A stretch of 64,000 bases of DNA. Origin: an uncultured delta proteobacterium. GTDB lineage: Bacteria > Myxococcota_A > Polyangia > Fen-1088. Position numbers and translations under genes: made by a program. Location: contig CAWCMR010000026.1 of assembly GCA_963796685.1 (NCBI GenBank), positions 1 through 64,000 of the forward strand, read 5' to 3'. A model generated the notes under the pieces. The model made no database searches. It was not told where the DNA came from and saw nothing but the letters and a program-made list of their open reading frames with translations. Of the stretch, positions 60,137-64,000 are shown in pieces (within the stretch, counting starts at the first letter, position 1; every line of letters starts with the position of its first letter).

Positions 60137-60841
60137 ATGCCTTCCACGCCCCCCACCGACCTCACGATCAATCTCGGCCTCTCCACGCTGCTTGCGCACG
60201 CGTCCCTGCCGGTCCTGGCAGTCGTCATCGTGCTGCTGGCGGCCTCGACATCCGTCTGGATCGTCGGCGTCCTCAAGGTGCTGCAAGTGGGACGCTTGCG
60301 CGCGAGGGCGCGGGCCTTCGAGCAGCGGGCGCATGGGGTGCGCTCTGCCGCCGATTTGATTTCCCTGGTGCGTCGGGCACGAGAATCGGCCGGGGTACGC
60401 GTGCTCCAGACCATGCTGACGCGGGGTAGCCCGGCCGCGACCACACGCTTGCGCGCGGTCGCCGACCGCGCCATCGTCGACGAGGGGCAGCGCGCGAAGG
60501 TCCTCATGCCGGTGCTGGCCTCGATCGGGGCGGCCGCGCCCTTCGTGGGGTTGTTCGGTACGGTCTACGGAATCATGGACGCATTCGCGCGCATCGGCGC
60601 CGCCCGTAGCGCCTCGTTGCCCGTGGTTGCTCCGGCGATCGGAGAGGCCCTCATCACCACGGCCATCGGCTTGGCCGCGGCCATTCCCGCCGTGTTGTTC
60701 TACAACCTGGTGGACAAGCAGATCTCCGACTTCCTGGCCGAAGTCGAGGCGTCGGCCGCCGAATGGATCGTCATTCTTGCCGTCGAAAGCCAGGTGGCAC
60801 CGCTGGCCGCTCCGCTCGCGGACAGCGACGAGCCGGGCTAG
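60137..60841 (+). CDS. tolQ: TolQ/ExbB proton-channel protein
   Basis: APFVGLFGTVYGIM..VAPAIGEALITTA.GL. Confidence 0.85.
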   Translation: MPSTPPTDLTINLGLSTLLAHASLPVLAVVIVLLAASTSVWIVGVLKVLQVGRLRARARAFEQRAHGVRSAADLISLVRRARESAGVRVLQTMLTRGSPAATTRLRAVADRAIVDEGQRAKVLMPVLASIGAAAPFVGLFGTVYGIMDAFARIGAARSASLPVVAPAIGEALITTAIGLAAAIPAVLFYNLVDKQISDFLAEVEASAAEWIVILAVESQVAPLAAPLADSDEPG

Positions 60842-60852
60842 GAGGGGCACCC

Positions 60853-61281
60853 ATGTCGCTCGCGAGCCGCGGCCGGGGATCGTCCAACTCTTCGTTCCGC
60901 GACATCAACGTCACGCCCATGGTGGACGTGATGCTGGTTCTGCTCATCGTGTTCATGGTCACCGCGCCGCTCCTGGTCAACGGTTTGCCCATCGACCTGC
61001 CGGAGGTCCAGGCCACGAACACCCCCATCGAGGATGCCAAGCTGGTCATCTCGATTACCGGCGACGAGAGGATTCTGTTCGGGGAAGAGGACGTCACCGC
61101 GAATCTGGAACGAATCCTGCGCACGGATCCCAGGGTCCAACGGGCGCACGAAGTCTATATTCGCGCCGACAAGATGGCCCACTACGGCGTGGTGGCCCGC
61201 GCCGTGGCGGCAGCCAGGTCCGCCGGGGTCACCTCGCTCAATCTCCTCGTCGATCAAGAGAGCGAGGGGCCGTTGCAGTGA
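60853..61281 (+). CDS. tolR: TolR/ExbD protein
   Basis: INVTPMVDVMLVLLIVFMVTAP and IRAD...YG. Confidence 0.88.
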   Translation: MSLASRGRGSSNSSFRDINVTPMVDVMLVLLIVFMVTAPLLVNGLPIDLPEVQATNTPIEDAKLVISITGDERILFGEEDVTANLERILRTDPRVQRAHEVYIRADKMAHYGVVARAVAAARSAGVTSLNLLVDQESEGPLQ

Positions 61282-62309
61282 CCAGGGCAGGCTTCCGCGC
61301 CAGCGATGTCGCCATCGCCATCGCCGTGGCCAGCGGCGCCCAGTGGGCGCTCTTCCTGGCCTTCTCGTCCTCGTCTCCGCCGCCCGTCAGGGCGAACATC
61401 TCGGACGAGAATTCGCGGCCCATCGCGGTTTCGATCACGCCGGTCTCCACCATCCCGTCCGGGGAACATCGCCAGCGGCCGTTGCCGAAAGCGTGGCAAC
61501 GGCACAACCCCAAGCCCGCTGTTGCCCAGGCCGCTCCTCTCCTCGGCGAGCCGCAACCGCCGGCCGTGGTTTCGCCGACCCCCGCACTGCCCGACGCCGC
61601 GGTCCTCGCGGCCAGGTCGCCGCCCGATGCCGCGGTTCTTGCGGCCAGGCCGTTGCCCGACGCCGCGGTTCTTGCGGCCAGGCCGTTGCCCGACGCCGCG
61701 GTTCTTGCGGCCAGGCCGCTGCCCGACGCCGCGCCGTCCGGGAAGATAGCAGCGGTTCCTGCCAGCAGTCGGGCCGTGACCCGGTCGTCGCCCCAACGGA
61801 AGGAGCCCATCGCCTTGACCACCGCGCCTCCCGCCCACCTCGAGCGATCCACTGAAGCCACGCGGCCGCTTCCGCCGCCGGGACCGGTCGCCGGCAGCTC
61901 GGGGGGGATGGAGGGAGTGTCGGCGGCGCCCAGGTCGAACGAGCCGGCAGGCCCCGGTGCAGAGGGCGAGGTCGATCCGCTCAAGGCACACGCCATCGCC
62001 CTCTATCGCGCCGAGCTGGCCGCGTGGTTCATGGCGAGATTCGATATCCGAGGCAAGCTACCGTTCGCAACCTTGAAGGGGTTGCGGGCCCGGGCGGTGG
62101 TAACCATCTCGCCGGACCATACGGTGATCGGATACACGCTGGCGGCGAAGAGCGGCGATCCCACCTTCGATGCCCAGGTCCACGCCACGCTCGCCGCCAT
62201 CGAGTCGAGCGGCGCGCCGCTGCCGGCCCCCCCGCCGCTCTATCCAGACTTGCTCGGGACCTCCTTGCCGGTCAACTTCGAATGTACATCGAGGATCGCA
62301 TGCGAATAG
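61278..62309 (+). CDS. TolA/TonB-like energy transducer
   Basis: N-terminal TM, Pro-rich linker, C-terminal SGDPTFD..LPAPP. Confidence 0.75.
   Translation: MTRAGFRASDVAIAIAVASGAQWALFLAFSSSSPPPVRANISDENSRPIAVSITPVSTIPSGEHRQRPLPKAWQRHNPKPAVAQAAPLLGEPQPPAVVSPTPALPDAAVLAARSPPDAAVLAARPLPDAAVLAARPLPDAAVLAARPLPDAAPSGKIAAVPASSRAVTRSSPQRKEPIALTTAPPAHLERSTEATRPLPPPGPVAGSSGGMEGVSAAPRSNEPAGPGAEGEVDPLKAHAIALYRAELAAWFMARFDIRGKLPFATLKGLRARAVVTISPDHTVIGYTLAAKSGDPTFDAQVHATLAAIESSGAPLPAPPPLYPDLLGTSLPVNFECTSRIACE
61589..61733. repeat. 33-bp coding tandem repeat (LPDAAVLAARP), ~4.4 copies
   Basis: Read directly from the sequence. Confidence 0.88.
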
Positions 62310-63646
62310 ATCGAAGGACTGGCGTGTGGGTGTTTTGTGCGTCGCTGCTGCTGACCGCGGCATGGTGGTCGATGCGAAACGTGAAGGCGCAGGGTTCCGA
62401 GGACAGTGTGCTGGGCACCATCGACGTGAACGGTTCGGCGGGTACCGCGCTGCCACTGCCGAAGCTGGCGATCGTGCCCCTGCTCACGCACGGGCAGGCC
62501 GACGAAGTCGCGCAGCTCGTGGCGCGAGGCGATTTCTCACTGTGCGGTCAGTTCGACGTCCTCGACGACAGCGCGGCACCGCCAGGCCCGTTCCTCGTCG
62601 AGGTGCCGCCCGATCTGGGCGCTTGGAAGCAGGCCGGCGCCGAATACGTGGTGCAGGTGTACGCGCAGGGCGCCGGGCAAGCCGACGGACACCTGGTTGG
62701 CGAGGCCTATCTCGCGAAGGTTGGCTCGGCCCCGGCGCCCATCGATGCCGGCGCCCCGGCCCTCGTCAAAGCCCTCTTTCGCACCAGCGTACCTTTGCGC
62801 CAAGACCTGCGTATGTCGGCCCACCGACTGGTCGACGTGTTGCTGGGCGCGCTCACGGGGCGCCCCGGCGGCTTTGCCAGCCGCATGGTTTATGCCGCGA
62901 ACGTGGGGACCGCGCGCCAAGTGTTCGTTCTGGATTCGGACGGTTTCGATTTGCACGCGGCCAGTCCACCCTTGGACACGGCGCTCTCCCCGACCTTTGG
63001 CCCGGGCGATGTCTTGTTCTATGCGCTCAGCCGGAACTACTCCCCCTTCAAGCTCGCGTCGACGCCGTCGGGAGTGCTGACACCGGACCAGGTTCCCGGC
63101 TCGCTCATGGGCGTGGCCTTTTCCGCCGATCGAGGCCGCATGCTCCTCATCGCGATGGCCGAGGAGGTGAGCACGATCTACCTCGAGTCGAAGGGCAAGC
63201 GACAAACCTATGCGCACGCGCCGCTGGCCAATCATCCCGCCTTTGGGCCGTCGGGCATGATCGCCTATGTGGCGGGTCGTCACGTGCAGCGCATTTACGT
63301 CGATCGTCGCCCCATCTCGCCGCCGGAGCTCATGGCCTCGGCGCCGGTGTTCTGCGAGACCCCGCAGGGACTCTTGATATTCTATACGGTGGAGACCAAG
63401 GGCGGTTCCGACATCGTGGCCAGCTATCCGAGCGGGCAGGGGTTGCACCGCCTTACGCAGCGGCAGGGCTCCAACCGGGATCCGGCGTGCAGTCCCGACG
63501 GTCGCCTGCTGGCTTTCTTCTCCACCCGCGAGCCCGGTAAGGGAGCCGGGCTCTACGTCATGCCCATCGCGCGGCCTTGGTTGGCGCGGAAGATCTCGGG
63601 CCAGATCGGCGATTCGCTGCGTTGGGCGTCTACCGTGGCGCCGTAG
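62300..63646 (+). CDS. tolB: Divergent TolB-like protein
   Basis: AH..VD.LL.ALTG.PG.FASR, DSDG, PD40 repeats (PACSPDGR.LAF.STR). Confidence 0.78.
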   Translation: MRIDRRTGVWVFCASLLLTAAWWSMRNVKAQGSEDSVLGTIDVNGSAGTALPLPKLAIVPLLTHGQADEVAQLVARGDFSLCGQFDVLDDSAAPPGPFLVEVPPDLGAWKQAGAEYVVQVYAQGAGQADGHLVGEAYLAKVGSAPAPIDAGAPALVKALFRTSVPLRQDLRMSAHRLVDVLLGALTGRPGGFASRMVYAANVGTARQVFVLDSDGFDLHAASPPLDTALSPTFGPGDVLFYALSRNYSPFKLASTPSGVLTPDQVPGSLMGVAFSADRGRMLLIAMAEEVSTIYLESKGKRQTYAHAPLANHPAFGPSGMIAYVAGRHVQRIYVDRRPISPPELMASAPVFCETPQGLLIFYTVETKGGSDIVASYPSGQGLHRLTQRQGSNRDPACSPDGRLLAFFSTREPGKGAGLYVMPIARPWLARKISGQIGDSLRWASTVAP

Positions 63647-64000
63647 GTCCCGCCTCCGCGGGGGCGGACGGCGAGGCGGGGGCGGGCGCGCCGGACGGGG
63701 CGGGGGTTGGGCTGGTTGCGCCGGGCATGTCGACGAGCTCGATTTCGACGCCTTCGAGCATCCCGCCTCCGGCGAACGCGGGTGGCTGTGCGGAGGGCGC
63801 CGTCACGCGACCGCTCACCGACAACGACGCCGGCGCCAGGCCCAGGGTCACCAGTCGATCCGCGACGAGGCTGGCGCGCAAGGCCGGGAGCGTGAAGACG
63901 CTGTGACCGCGACCCTTCGGGATTGGCCCGTAGACGACGACGCGAAATCGCCAACCCGGGGTGGTCGCCAGCGCTTGCGCCAGAGCTGCCAGCACGCCTT
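63630..64000 (-). CDS. C-terminus of a hypothetical protein, OmpA/MotB-like (partial)
   Basis: RASLVADRLVTLGLAPASLSVSG; runs off the right edge. Confidence 0.4.
   Translation of the reverse strand, partial: GVLAALAQALATTPGWRFRVVVYGPIPKGRGHSVFTLPALRASLVADRLVTLGLAPASLSVSGRVTAPSAQPPAFAGGGMLEGVEIELVDMPGATSPTPAPSGAPAPASPSAPAEAGPTAPR

Overview
High-GC window that looks like Myxococcota (Polyangia-like): Gly/Cys-rich lipoproteins, an ElbD-type megaenzyme and a myxobacterial LexA-type box. Many genes carry single-base frameshifts, most likely long-read assembly indels. From left to right: (1) an elbBCDE-like ether-lipid operon extended by a class-V PLP enzyme and a Tat WD40 lipoprotein; (2) vapBC and secreted proteins, including a CBM3-like/S53 sedolisin/beta-propeller fusion; (3) an intact IS4-family element with a 10-bp TSD inside a ycbK-like gene; (4) a DNA-damage region with a UvrD helicase, a higBA-like TA pair, a DUF72-(inactive dinB)-dnaE2 cassette and an ogt-alkA fusion, with LexA-like boxes; (5) an ECF sigma/FecR pair and carbohydrate-binding lipoproteins; (6) a ~16-kb uncharacterised envelope redox/metal locus (three Tat DUF362 paralogs, three DUF6599-like domains with one embedded in a ~1390-aa outer-membrane protein, two NapH-like polyferredoxins, a WtpABC-like oxyanion ABC transporter, a PQQ-like propeller, and shared palindromic operator candidates), which is the best candidate for an undescribed system; (7) a sigma54-driven pilin, a J-domain protein and a pal-first Tol-Pal cluster. 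Two families of short intergenic palindromic elements recur: four ~200-bp TIR/hairpin MITE-like copies and two or three ~115-bp CACAGAG elements. No rRNA, tRNA or CRISPR array was seen. All family calls come from motif recognition by eye, not from database searches.
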